Shown: positions 1 to 8,685, counted from the first letter of the stretch. The stretch is DNA of 64,000 nt from an uncultured virus (IMG/VR IMGVR_UViG_3300009705_003699) (IMGVR_UViG_3300009705_003699); one strand, 5' to 3'. Program-made: numbers and translations. The notes: generated by a model not told the origin, from the letters alone.

Positions 1-860
1 AAGGCTCGACCGTCATTGCCCAGACATGTTTCCAAATCCTTGCTATCGAAAGATTGGATCGGTGAATCCTCGGTGGAGAGTTTTAACACTTGGGCAAGTG
101 ACTTAGCAAATGTTGTGTTGGCGACTGGGTACATGCCGAGCATGCCGATTCTGCCGCGCAGTAAGCGTGTGGCTCGTTCGTTGTCGAGAACGATATGCGG
201 ATACTGGGCAACATCATTTGCCAGCGTCAACGCATTACGAGCGATTGTGGGGTTAAGGTTTTCTTGTGCTGTTGGCCAAGAGACTATGTAAACGACCTTA
301 CCACTCGACTGCACAGAGCGCATGTAACGCTCAAAGACAGGGTGCAGAGCGGTAACAGAACTACCGGTACCACCACCACCGCCAGCAAGGACGAATAACC
401 AATCAACTTTACCGAGTTTGATACGCAGGGCATCTTCAACAATCGCACCATTTTGACTTAAAACCTCTTTTCCATATTCTACATTCTTCCCAATTCCATC
501 AGAATCGGGAATTAAAACGACGTGGTCCTCTTCAACATTCTTGGGAATATCCTTTCCTGTTGAGTTTACGAGTAGCGTCTTATTGAAACCTAGTTCAATA
601 AACGCATTCGCCATTTTGTTGCCTCCACCGCCGACCCCGACAAAGCCTACGTTAATCGAAGAAGGCGCAGTATTCTCGGGGAGTAAATCTTCATCAGAGT
701 ATTCCATCTGTAATCCAAAGTCCTCTACCATACCAAAGTCTTCTGCTTCTACTGATTCGTGATAGCTGTCTTTTTCCTGCGCGAACGCGGGAGGTGGTTC
801 TGCGGGAGGCAGAAAATCAAATTCGTTTTTATCTTCGTTGTTATCGTTTTCGTCTGACAT
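1..860 (-). CDS. Tubulin/FtsZ-superfamily GTPase (PhuZ/TubZ/CetZ-like), truncated by the left window edge
   Basis: Manual translation from ATG at 860 (GGAG SD just upstream): acidic N-terminal arm MSDENDNNEDKNEFDF..., then INVGFVGVGGGGNKMANAF (T1 loop), LAGGGGGTGSS (tubulin/FtsZ signature), WPTAQE, VLDNE and FDSKDL (T7-like). The frame is open to position 1. Not in the ORF track. Confidence 0.9.
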   Translation of the reverse strand, partial: MSDENDNNEDKNEFDFLPPAEPPPAFAQEKDSYHESVEAEDFGMVEDFGLQMEYSDEDLLPENTAPSSINVGFVGVGGGGNKMANAFIELGFNKTLLVNSTGKDIPKNVEEDHVVLIPDSDGIGKNVEYGKEVLSQNGAIVEDALRIKLGKVDWLFVLAGGGGGTGSSVTALHPVFERYMRSVQSSGKVVYIVSWPTAQENLNPTIARNALTLANDVAQYPHIVLDNERATRLLRGRIGMLGMYPVANTTFAKSLAQVLKLSTEDSPIQSFDSKDLETCLGNDGRA

Positions 861-870
861 TGAGTGTCTC

Positions 871-3800
871 CTACTGGTTTACTCTTGCGTATCCGTCTTT
901 CTTTTCAATTACGACCTGTATATCAACACAATCTTTGAGCGAGTCAAGGTGGGAGATTAACAAAACGTTCTTAAAATACACCTTAATTAGTTCCAAGATC
1001 CTAATAAAACCCTCCATATTTTCTTCATCGAGTGCCGTGCCGGGTTCGTCGAGGATAAATAAGTCGCTCTTGGGTAACGATGAGACACTCAAAAGAGCCA
1101 AACGAATTGCCATAGCTCCCATTGTTTTTTCAGCGCCCGAAGCCATTTCAATAGGTCTTGGTTCATGTCGTGGGTGTTTAATAAAGATGTCAAATTTCTT
1201 TCCAGAATCCTCAAAAAAGATTTCGAAGTCTACAATGTTTGCCAAGACTTTGGCGATCTCCTGGTTGATGACTGGGAGTTTTCGTTTGATGATATCATAC
1301 GCGATACCAGAAGAGTGCATACTTCTCATATAAAGATCATATGCTGAATATTCTTCTTGAAGCTCTTTGTGCTCTTGTTTCTGTTCCTTTATACTCTCTA
1401 CCTTCTGTTCCAAAGAGCCTACGTCCTTATAGAGTTCTAATGTCTGAGTCTGGCAGGATTCATGTTTGGTCCTGCATACTTCAAGATTTGTGGTACACTC
1501 CAGCAGTTCTGCTGTGAACTCCTCAAAGTTTTCTATCACTTCCTTATTTGCTTCATACTTCTCTCTCTTTTCTTCCAACTCTTTAAGTTCATATTTAATC
1601 CGTTCAATGGACGTCTGGTTTCTCTCTATTGACAGATTAAGATCCGATATCTCGTGGGATACCTCATTCTGTCTTTCCATCACTGCACTATACTTTGAAA
1701 TTCTATCTCTCACAAATTCCGGTCGCAAGCTCTCTATCTTCTTCTGTACTAAGCTTAATGCCATGGCAGCGTTCTTTTGTTCACTTTCGGTATGTGGCAG
1801 ATTTGCGACCGCAACATTGGCATCCCGGATAAACTTGCAGTGAGGGAACTCCGTCCCACAGGGGATTCCATCTAAAAGTTTTGACTTTTTATCTATTTCT
1901 TCTATCTGCTGTAGCAAACTAGTTGTTAGTTTCTGTTGTTCTTCTTTTCGGGTGTCTAAACACTCGATCGCATCAAGTTGAGATTTCAAGCTCTCTATAT
2001 TGGTGGTCGATATATATTCTCCTATCTTCTCAATTATTTCTTTTTTCGCTATTAAACTTTTGTTATGTCCTTCGTTTTCTGTTTCCAGGGAAAAGGCATG
2101 GATTTGTCTTTTCTTTATTTCTCGCTTTGTGTCCACCACGTTTATTACTTCTTCCGGGATCGCTTCTATACCATTGCGCAATCCCTCGCAGGAGCTGGTT
2201 ATCACATCTATTTCTTCTTTTAGAGACGCACATTCGCTTTCGTGATTTTCTAATTCTGCGCGCTTGTCATCCAACAGTGAAGTCGACTCTTCTATCTCTT
2301 CATCGTAATTCCGAGAATCTAGCCTTCGCAGGGCGCCCTTCAGGTCCGTGCTGTCTTCCTTGGCTAGCTTGAATTTCTTTTCGAAAATCTCCAAATCTAA
2401 GAACTTGGCTATGATCTCTTTTCGCCTAGTAGAGCCCTCGTCAATAAACGCTAGCGCTCCATGCTGAGCACTCATCGAAGAGATTAGAAAATCCTCGCAC
2501 GCACCGAAGTGCTTCCTGATATTGGCATCTGTGTGGATGCGACTGAGACCGTTTAGCGAAGTTGTTTCGTCTGCAACATTATCATATACTTCGAAATTCA
2601 AATCAGTTTTTGCTTCAAGGGTTTCTTCGCCTTTGAGTCGTTTAGTATATTTATCTGCTGTTCTTTCTACTGTATAGGTGTAGTGTCCTACATCAATAGT
2701 TAGCTTTCCTCGGCACGATTCTTTATTCTGGTTAATAACATTGAGATTCTTGCGCTCATTTTTCGAGGTTGTGTTAAAAAGAGTCCACAGCACAGCATCA
2801 ATAATGCTGCTCTTCCCAGAAAAGTTCTTCCCAAAGACCCCTGTAATCCCATTAAGCTTGTCAAAAGATACATTGTTATCTTCCCCATAATTAAATAGAT
2901 TGTCAAATTCAAAATTTGTTAATTTCCAGTTGACATTTCTGGATATATCGTCGTCGTCTTCGACTAGTTTCTTATATTTTCTATTAAGCTCGTAGATTTT
3001 TTCAACTGTTGAGTCATCGACCTGATATTCTTTTAGATATTCGTTGATCAATTCTTCTTGTATGTTGATGTCTCGGAGGTTTTCCGTCTTAAGAGTGTCG
3101 GTTATTTCCGACACGTCGCCGCGATCGCCGGCGGCACGATTAAGAAATGTTACAACCTCTGGCTTAAACCGGTGTTTTGCAATGTCCATTGCCCGCTTCA
3201 TAATGTTCAGCGGCAGGTTATTATTGCTTACGATTCGTAAACGCGCACCTTCGGGAACTTCCGCATTTCGTGGCATTCTCCCCTTGGCGGTTAATTCTAA
3301 AGTAACAAATGGTTTTGGATTTATAAATACGTGAGGTTCAATTTCCCAATCGTCTTTGGACTTAATATCCCAAATCAAGATTCCTTTATCGTTAGTCTCG
3401 CCGTGGTTCTGTTGAACAGTGGAGCCGGCATACCATACGCGGCCATCTTCGTCTAGGAATTGGCGCCGGTGAATATCACCAAGCATAGCAAAATCATAGT
3501 CTTTGAAGATACTTAGCTCGTCTTCTCCGTTAGTCATTGTCCAATTGATGTCGGTCTTGCAATTGCTAATAGAACCGTGATAAAGAGCGATGTTAATCTT
3601 GTCGGTATCGGTTGGTTTAATCCATCTATCTCGATCAAACACAGATAATACGTTCAAGCAGAATTTATCATCGATATTTGTTTCACCTGAATTCTTCAGC
3701 AAGTGAAGGTTCGGGTGATTAAGTGCATTAAAGATTGGCGTCAGGGCGTCTTGACGGCTGCTGTTCTTTAAGTTACCATCATGATTGCCAAGAATCGCAT

Positions 3801-4020
3801 ACGTCGGTGCAATGTCAGCAAGACTCTCAAAGAACTGAGAGCACATCTCAACATATTCTGGAGAGATCTGTGTCTTAGTATGTGCGACATCTCCACAGTG
3901 AACGATATAGTCTACATCTTCTTCGCGCAGCTTTTCATACAGCTGCTCGAAAATAACTCTATACTCGTAATGATACTTTAAATTTTTAATGTGCGTGTCG
4001 CTAATATGAGCAAACTTCAC
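871..4020 (-). CDS. Fused Mre11/SbcD nuclease - Rad50/SbcC ATPase (gp47-gp46-like), 1049 aa
   Basis: N-terminal phosphoesterase motifs HISDTH, HCGD, GNHD, LYHG, LGDIH; Walker A GKNFSGKSS; long coiled coil; signature ASGAEK; Walker B FILDEP; H-loop LISH. GTG start with GGAGG SD. Confidence 0.93.
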   Translation of the reverse strand: MKFAHISDTHIKNLKYHYEYRVIFEQLYEKLREEDVDYIVHCGDVAHTKTQISPEYVEMCSQFFESLADIAPTYAILGNHDGNLKNSSRQDALTPIFNALNHPNLHLLKNSGETNIDDKFCLNVLSVFDRDRWIKPTDTDKINIALYHGSISNCKTDINWTMTNGEDELSIFKDYDFAMLGDIHRRQFLDEDGRVWYAGSTVQQNHGETNDKGILIWDIKSKDDWEIEPHVFINPKPFVTLELTAKGRMPRNAEVPEGARLRIVSNNNLPLNIMKRAMDIAKHRFKPEVVTFLNRAAGDRGDVSEITDTLKTENLRDINIQEELINEYLKEYQVDDSTVEKIYELNRKYKKLVEDDDDISRNVNWKLTNFEFDNLFNYGEDNNVSFDKLNGITGVFGKNFSGKSSIIDAVLWTLFNTTSKNERKNLNVINQNKESCRGKLTIDVGHYTYTVERTADKYTKRLKGEETLEAKTDLNFEVYDNVADETTSLNGLSRIHTDANIRKHFGACEDFLISSMSAQHGALAFIDEGSTRRKEIIAKFLDLEIFEKKFKLAKEDSTDLKGALRRLDSRNYDEEIEESTSLLDDKRAELENHESECASLKEEIDVITSSCEGLRNGIEAIPEEVINVVDTKREIKKRQIHAFSLETENEGHNKSLIAKKEIIEKIGEYISTTNIESLKSQLDAIECLDTRKEEQQKLTTSLLQQIEEIDKKSKLLDGIPCGTEFPHCKFIRDANVAVANLPHTESEQKNAAMALSLVQKKIESLRPEFVRDRISKYSAVMERQNEVSHEISDLNLSIERNQTSIERIKYELKELEEKREKYEANKEVIENFEEFTAELLECTTNLEVCRTKHESCQTQTLELYKDVGSLEQKVESIKEQKQEHKELQEEYSAYDLYMRSMHSSGIAYDIIKRKLPVINQEIAKVLANIVDFEIFFEDSGKKFDIFIKHPRHEPRPIEMASGAEKTMGAMAIRLALLSVSSLPKSDLFILDEPGTALDEENMEGFIRILELIKVYFKNVLLISHLDSLKDCVDIQVVIEKKDGYARVNQ

Positions 4021-4031
4021 ATGTCCTCCAG

Positions 4032-4151
4032 TTAGTTAATATAGGGCACCCCGAAACATGCATGCATGATTATCGGCAAGATGAATGTGCTTATATTCAC
4101 ACCAATCTCAAAAAATAAAACTTTGACGAACGTGTCTACAATAAAATACAT
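4032..4151 (-). CDS. Small hydrophobic protein (39 aa; 43 aa if started at 4163)
   Basis: Manual translation MYFIVDTFVKVLFFEIGVNISTFILPIIMHACFGVPYIN*. GAGG lies just before the ATG, and the ORF fills the gap directly after a sigma70 promoter. Confidence 0.5.
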   Translation of the reverse strand: MYFIVDTFVKVLFFEIGVNISTFILPIIMHACFGVPYIN

Positions 4152-4168
4152 TTTTGCCCTCATGTATT

Positions 4169-4197
4169 AATATAGCACGCCTCTATTGACTATGCAA
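4169..4197 (-). promoter_or_regulatory. Sigma70-type promoter with extended -10
   Basis: Minus strand TTGCAT-N17-TATATT, with TG one base upstream of the -10. Heads the small ORF / Mre11-Rad50 / tubulin unit. Confidence 0.65.
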
Positions 4198-5173
4198 GCA
4201 CTTTCTTTCGATTTTTGTAGTTTTTCCAAGTGATCTTGTTTTCTTTTAGGCTTGTGGCGCGGTCTTTAGTCTTCTGGACGAGTTCCGGTTCTAACTGTCC
4301 ACGGGTCCTTATAGTGACGTCATCGGGCGTCACAGTCATCTCTTCGTCAGGCTGTTCAAGGGCCTCCATCTCACCGGAACCCATGAACTCTCCATACTGG
4401 GAGTTATAAAAATCAGCGGCAGTCATCCCCAACTCTGGTAGGTAGTAGTCGGCGCTGATGAGGTCTGGGTGCACCATCACTACCATGCTTTCGGTGCCCT
4501 CCACAGGAACAGTATCTAATTCATCGTGGGCGGCTACAACATCAAACGCATTAACAAATTTTCCCTTATGAGTCTTAAAGAAGTTATCAACATTCTGCTC
4601 AAAGTCCCCTTGATATTCTGGTTTATCACCCCCGGGGTTGTCTAAATTGATCTCACCGTAGCGTTCAGTGGGTCGGAGCCCCTGTTCGACTCTTTCAGCA
4701 TTATCTTTTTTATCTTTAAGTGCCTGTACGGCTAAGCTGTAACTGGCTGGTAAAACTGTAATTTTGCCCTTTGAGCCCGGGGCATATACCACAGAGTTGT
4801 TGCCCTTTCCCCATCGGAATGCGTATTGATTGTTTAGTTGTTTAATAAACTTATCAAATTGAGCTTCGTCAGAGGCTGCCTTTTCCATATTTTGTGTCAC
4901 TCTTGCGTCGGTCTCTGCGGCTTTAGTATCGGAATGGGCGTCAGCAGCCATCTTAAGTCCGCCGAATCCAAGACCCAGAGTAAGAGCTAGCGCTGCTGGT
5001 ATTTTCTTGCCTTGGTTAGATAGCCTTCTGTATTCTTCTCTGGCTTTCTGCACTTCCGCGTCATCGGAATCTTCGAAAAGTATTTGAATTTCCTTTTCAA
5101 TATAATATTCTAAAAGGTAGTCTCTTGCCTCTTCTAAGATAATCTCTCGGAGCCTGGCTTCAGAGATGTTCAT
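4190..5173 (-). CDS. Hypothetical protein, possible internal virion or membrane-associated protein (327 aa)
   Basis: Long ORF with GAGG SD, N-terminal MNISEARLREIILEEA helix, one hydrophobic segment IPAALALTLGLGFGGL, acidic body and basic C-terminus. Preceded by the ACTATTTA motif. Confidence 0.6.
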   Translation of the reverse strand: MNISEARLREIILEEARDYLLEYYIEKEIQILFEDSDDAEVQKAREEYRRLSNQGKKIPAALALTLGLGFGGLKMAADAHSDTKAAETDARVTQNMEKAASDEAQFDKFIKQLNNQYAFRWGKGNNSVVYAPGSKGKITVLPASYSLAVQALKDKKDNAERVEQGLRPTERYGEINLDNPGGDKPEYQGDFEQNVDNFFKTHKGKFVNAFDVVAAHDELDTVPVEGTESMVVMVHPDLISADYYLPELGMTAADFYNSQYGEFMGSGEMEALEQPDEEMTVTPDDVTIRTRGQLEPELVQKTKDRATSLKENKITWKNYKNRKKVLA

Positions 5174-5182
5174 GCTGGTACC

Positions 5183-6121
5183 TCATATTGCTGCTAGCAA
5201 ATTCAACAGTAAATAGTTATCTCTATCGATAAAGGATGCGTTATTCTTTCTTTCCCAGAATACTTCTTTTGGCATCGAGCCGACATCTTCGTATCCCGAG
5301 ACGTCGATCTTGTAAAGTTCGATATCGTACTCCAACAGCATTTTAATAATCCGCCTTTCTTTGCTGGCGGCGTCTGGATCTAGGGCGACGTAGATGGGCG
5401 TATCATTATAGACAATTTTCCGTAACAAATCGGAGTCGGTGCGCAAGGTTGAACCCAAGATGGGTACTGCATTTCCACAGACAATCGCATCGAATACCCC
5501 TTCAACTAACATTAGATCTGAGTTCCAGTTAACAAACAGGTCATTAAACACTATATCCTTGGACGCTCTTGGATTTTTATACTTATATGAGTCTCCACTA
5601 TAGGATCTCGCTATAAAGTAGCTACAATCGCCATTCTCGTCGAAAGAAGGGATAATGATCCTATTCCGGTATTCTCCATCAAAGCAATATCCAATCTTCC
5701 ATTTGATTATATCTTCCCTTGATATGCCGCGTGATTGCAAATATCTCATTGCATATTTTCCTGTGGCCGGTATATTGTCGGAACACAAACTTATGAAGTT
5801 CTCTGGGAGGTCGACCCGTTCCTTACTTTCTTCAATGCGTCGTTCCACAAATAAGTCAGCAAATCTTTCAATATCTGTCCTGTCCGATATTGAGTCCCAT
5901 TTCTGTAGTTGCAAATACGTACCAAAACGTCTAATAGCACGCCTAACATTACGACCATGATAATCACAAATCCAACACTTAAACACATTTTTGTTAATGT
6001 TAATAGAAAATTTACGTTTGTGATGATCGCATGCCGGGCACGAGAAAAGTAGCTCGCCGCCTTTGTCTGCATAGTCTCCAAATGTTTCATATAAAATCTT
6101 CTTTGCTTCTTTCTTATTCAT
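5183..6121 (-). CDS. dnaG: DNA primase (Zn finger + TOPRIM; T4 gp61/DnaG-like)
   Basis: CPACDHH...CWIC Zn-binding domain; RIIIP...YFIARS; TOPRIM LVEGVFDA and LDPDA; EDVG. Confidence 0.9.
   Translation of the reverse strand: MNKKEAKKILYETFGDYADKGGELLFSCPACDHHKRKFSININKNVFKCWICDYHGRNVRRAIRRFGTYLQLQKWDSISDRTDIERFADLFVERRIEESKERVDLPENFISLCSDNIPATGKYAMRYLQSRGISREDIIKWKIGYCFDGEYRNRIIIPSFDENGDCSYFIARSYSGDSYKYKNPRASKDIVFNDLFVNWNSDLMLVEGVFDAIVCGNAVPILGSTLRTDSDLLRKIVYNDTPIYVALDPDAASKERRIIKMLLEYDIELYKIDVSGYEDVGSMPKEVFWERKNNASFIDRDNYLLLNLLAAI
5209..5217 (-). promoter_or_regulatory. Candidate late-promoter motif ACTATTTAC
   Basis: Lies 35 nt upstream of the ATG at 5173, inside the primase 3' end. Matches a motif seen before five structural genes. 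Confidence 0.4.
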
Positions 6122-6135
6122 GCGCCCTCATCTAT

Positions 6136-6164
6136 AACCTAACACATATATTTTTAGCAGTCAA
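6136..6164 (-). promoter_or_regulatory. Sigma70-type promoter for the primase
   Basis: Minus strand TTGACT-N17-TAGGTT with TG extension, followed by GAGG and ATG. Confidence 0.65.
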
Positions 6165-6165
6165 G

Positions 6166-6191
6166 AAAAAACAGCCCATTTGGGCTGTTTT
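6166..6191 (-). terminator. Rho-independent terminator (potentially bidirectional)
   Basis: AAAACAGCCC-ATTT-GGGCTGTTTT perfect hairpin. On the minus strand it is followed by a U-tract, just after the FKBP stop. Confidence 0.85.
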
Positions 6192-6216
6192 GTTCGTTTG
6201 GTCCGACTCGCGGAGC

Positions 6217-6720
6217 TTACGCTTCGGTTTCGGTCTCAGTTTCGTCGGCGCCGGTAGTCGTAGCCTCTGGCGAGTCATCCTCAACAATGACCTGGGTGCC
6301 GGTGTTCGCCAGTACCTCAATTTGAAAACTAAGTTTCTTACCCGCAAGAGGATGGTTCATATCCAGGGTTACAGTTTCATTTTCGATTGCGGTTACTTGT
6401 GCAAGAAATGGACCGCGTGGACCATTACCTTTGACCATTCCGCCTACTTCAACCTCGATCTCTCCGAAATCAACGATGGGAACATCGCGGGTTGCTGCCT
6501 CATTTCTCTGTCCGTACGCCTCTCCGGGCGGGATAGTAAACGACTTAGTCTCCCCCTCATTCATTCCAACGATTGCTGAGCTGAAGCCCCTAATCATTCG
6601 ATGATCTCCCACCTTGAATGTTAGAGGTTGCCCCCTAGTTCGCGAGTTATCAAACTCTGTTCCATCGACGTGTGTGCCAACGTAATGTATTTGCACATTG
6701 TGCCCAAGTTCTACTTTCAT
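6217..6720 (-). CDS. FKBP-type peptidyl-prolyl cis-trans isomerase (SlyD/FkpB-like, with insert-in-flap domain)
   Basis: VQIHYVG...DGTEFDNS...PLTFKVG...MIRGF...IPPGEAYG...LDMNHPLAGKKLSFQIEV; acidic tail, no His-rich tail. AGGAG SD. Confidence 0.93.
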   Translation of the reverse strand: MKVELGHNVQIHYVGTHVDGTEFDNSRTRGQPLTFKVGDHRMIRGFSSAIVGMNEGETKSFTIPPGEAYGQRNEAATRDVPIVDFGEIEVEVGGMVKGNGPRGPFLAQVTAIENETVTLDMNHPLAGKKLSFQIEVLANTGTQVIVEDDSPEATTTGADETETETEA

Positions 6721-6755
6721 TATTTCTCCTGTTGTTAATGAAATTATTCCCTATA

Positions 6756-6784
6756 AGAATAACATGTATTTAGATGTCTGTCAA
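6756..6784 (-). promoter_or_regulatory. Sigma70-type promoter for the PPIase
   Basis: Minus strand TTGACA-N17-TATTCT with TG extension; the -35 overlaps the RuvC stop codon. Confidence 0.75.
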
Positions 6785-7353
6785 GAAGTTTTAGCTAAAT
6801 TTTTCTCAACGATGTTGCCGGCTCGAGCTACGACAATTGCGTCAGCCTGATCATATGATTCAGGTTTTGGGTTTCCAAATTTAGTATACTCTATATGAAA
6901 AGCCTTTTCATTCTCAAGAAGGTATTTTAAAACCACTTCTTTTCCTTTTTCGCCGCGCTTTACTTTAATCCCGCAATGCTTGCGGGCGCTCGTTGCTGCA
7001 ATGTATTTTGGCTCGATCTCGAACATTTCATATACAAGCCATGATACTATTCCATTAAACGTCATAAGCGCAGAAAGCGTCTTGGCTGATGATTTTCCTT
7101 TCATGAACATGTGAAGAGGCTGTTCTATATAAATGTGCTCAATCGGGTGTTCGGATTCTCCCCAACCTTGCGAACCTTCCTGATCTAATTGATAGTTCTC
7201 AAATAGATCCTCAACATATTCTTTTAACGCAATTGCTTTTGCAAAAACACCCTTGTGTTTTCTTAAATCTACAGAACTGTAGTGCAATAGTTGTCCGTCA
7301 CCGACGACGGCAAATCCAGTTATACTGGTTGATATATCAATTCCTAAAACCAT
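6781..7353 (-). CDS. ruvC: RuvC-like Holliday junction resolvase
   Basis: VLGIDISTSITGFAVV, IYIEQP, and C-terminal DQADAIVVA acidic catalytic pattern. Confidence 0.82.
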   Translation of the reverse strand: MVLGIDISTSITGFAVVGDGQLLHYSSVDLRKHKGVFAKAIALKEYVEDLFENYQLDQEGSQGWGESEHPIEHIYIEQPLHMFMKGKSSAKTLSALMTFNGIVSWLVYEMFEIEPKYIAATSARKHCGIKVKRGEKGKEVVLKYLLENEKAFHIEYTKFGNPKPESYDQADAIVVARAGNIVEKNLAKTS

Positions 7354-7359
7354 AATCTT

Positions 7360-8685
7360 TTAAATATCTAACTTAAGTTTAAATGCGAGGTCGCGGTCTT
7401 CTTCTTTTAATATCGGAGATGGCAGTGTTGCTATCCCGATCAAATTCCTATCCTTATCATACACTGCAATCTTAGAAATGTATACTTGTCTCTCAAACTC
7501 TTCTTTATAATCTTTGAAACTTGAGCTTTTTGTGTTCTTTATTTTTCTGTCTGTATTCTCCGCATATACATGAGATGAAGTAAACGACAATACAGGTTGA
7601 TTATACTGCAGGAATGTTGGGTTATTGGAGTAGTTAACTTCGCCGCGTTTAGCATGCGCATACATTGTCACCACTTCGGTTTTTGTGGTTCCTTGGAAAT
7701 CCATCCGGAAGGATGCGTGTACAAAACCTGCTGCGGCAGTACCGGTGCTCACTCCGTCTCGGGCGCCGGCGCCCCAATATTTCCAACATGGCTTGACGGC
7801 ACTCCCGTCATTTGTCAGCCCAATGGCTGGCGCCACTTGAAGATCGTTTCCCAGGGGTTTGCTACCTGTGAGTATTATAAAGCCCTCATTGTATAGTATA
7901 ACACCTTGCACCAATCCCTCATTAAGCGATCCAGTTGGACCGACTTGAATAAGCTCTCCGTTTTCTTTGGTGTCTCTTACTTCGGCCAAGAGGGAACCAG
8001 TATAGTACCACTTAAGCGACACTGTGCCGGGTTTGATCTTATCTCCGTAAAATATAGATGGAATATGAATTATGTTTAGAGGCTGGTGGTTCTTGTCTCC
8101 ATATTTACTTTTTGGCTTATAGTGGATGCTAAGGGCGCTGTATAAGTCTAGAATGCTCCGTAAAGAATAATAGGTCATGTTATTGGTGCAAGTTCCCTTT
8201 GCGGTCGCAGCTGCACAGTCAGCGGCATCATATGTAGCAGCGACGGAAGAGGTACACTTGCTAAAAGCTAAAGAGGTGGCAGTGGACATATACTCTCTTC
8301 TAATCGTCGTTTTAAGCGGGTAGGATCCGCTTACAATATCGCCATAGGCAAACTCATTCAAGATTGTATCGTCGCCATATGTTCCAGTGAGCACAAGACT
8401 TACTCGTGAGCTGTCTTTGGATAAATATGGGTATATGAGGACATCCTTATTCGGATTTTTATGTGTTGCCCTGTCGATATTATACTCATACAGATTGACA
8501 TAACCAGTCTTGGTCATGTAGACATTTCCAGGATCTGCCGAGGCAGTCTGGAACTGACCTAGCTGGCGCCCCTGATCATTATAGAATATCTCGCCCTTAT
8601 AGATGAAGAACTCAGACCTAGGGTGAGCCTTCAGCGTATTGATACGGATATCGTTAAGTCCGAACTTACGGTAGTCCGCGGACAC
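7360..8685 (-). CDS. Putative baseplate/tail structural protein (441 aa)
   Basis: Paralogous to 8686..9822 (IKPGT/IKKGT, G.I.Y..G.I.L, NYSxNPT, C-terminal YISKIAVYD..NLIGIATL..P). Many TGS/SGS motifs. GTG start. Confidence 0.65.
   Translation of the reverse strand: MSADYRKFGLNDIRINTLKAHPRSEFFIYKGEIFYNDQGRQLGQFQTASADPGNVYMTKTGYVNLYEYNIDRATHKNPNKDVLIYPYLSKDSSRVSLVLTGTYGDDTILNEFAYGDIVSGSYPLKTTIRREYMSTATSLAFSKCTSSVAATYDAADCAAATAKGTCTNNMTYYSLRSILDLYSALSIHYKPKSKYGDKNHQPLNIIHIPSIFYGDKIKPGTVSLKWYYTGSLLAEVRDTKENGELIQVGPTGSLNEGLVQGVILYNEGFIILTGSKPLGNDLQVAPAIGLTNDGSAVKPCWKYWGAGARDGVSTGTAAAGFVHASFRMDFQGTTKTEVVTMYAHAKRGEVNYSNNPTFLQYNQPVLSFTSSHVYAENTDRKIKNTKSSSFKDYKEEFERQVYISKIAVYDKDRNLIGIATLPSPILKEEDRDLAFKLKLDI

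Noticed and set aside
1..860. Cellular ftsZ in a dcw cluster, or proof of a nucleus-forming phage
   Set aside because: No ftsA/ftsQ/mur neighbours and divergent motifs argue against cellular ftsZ. No chimallin or multisubunit RNAP is visible here, so nucleus formation cannot be claimed.
6781..7353. RuvC domain as a TnpB/Cas12-like effector
   Set aside because: Only 190 aa, with no Zn finger or REC/WED region and no adjacent array or ncRNA-sized gap; it fits a stand-alone resolvase.
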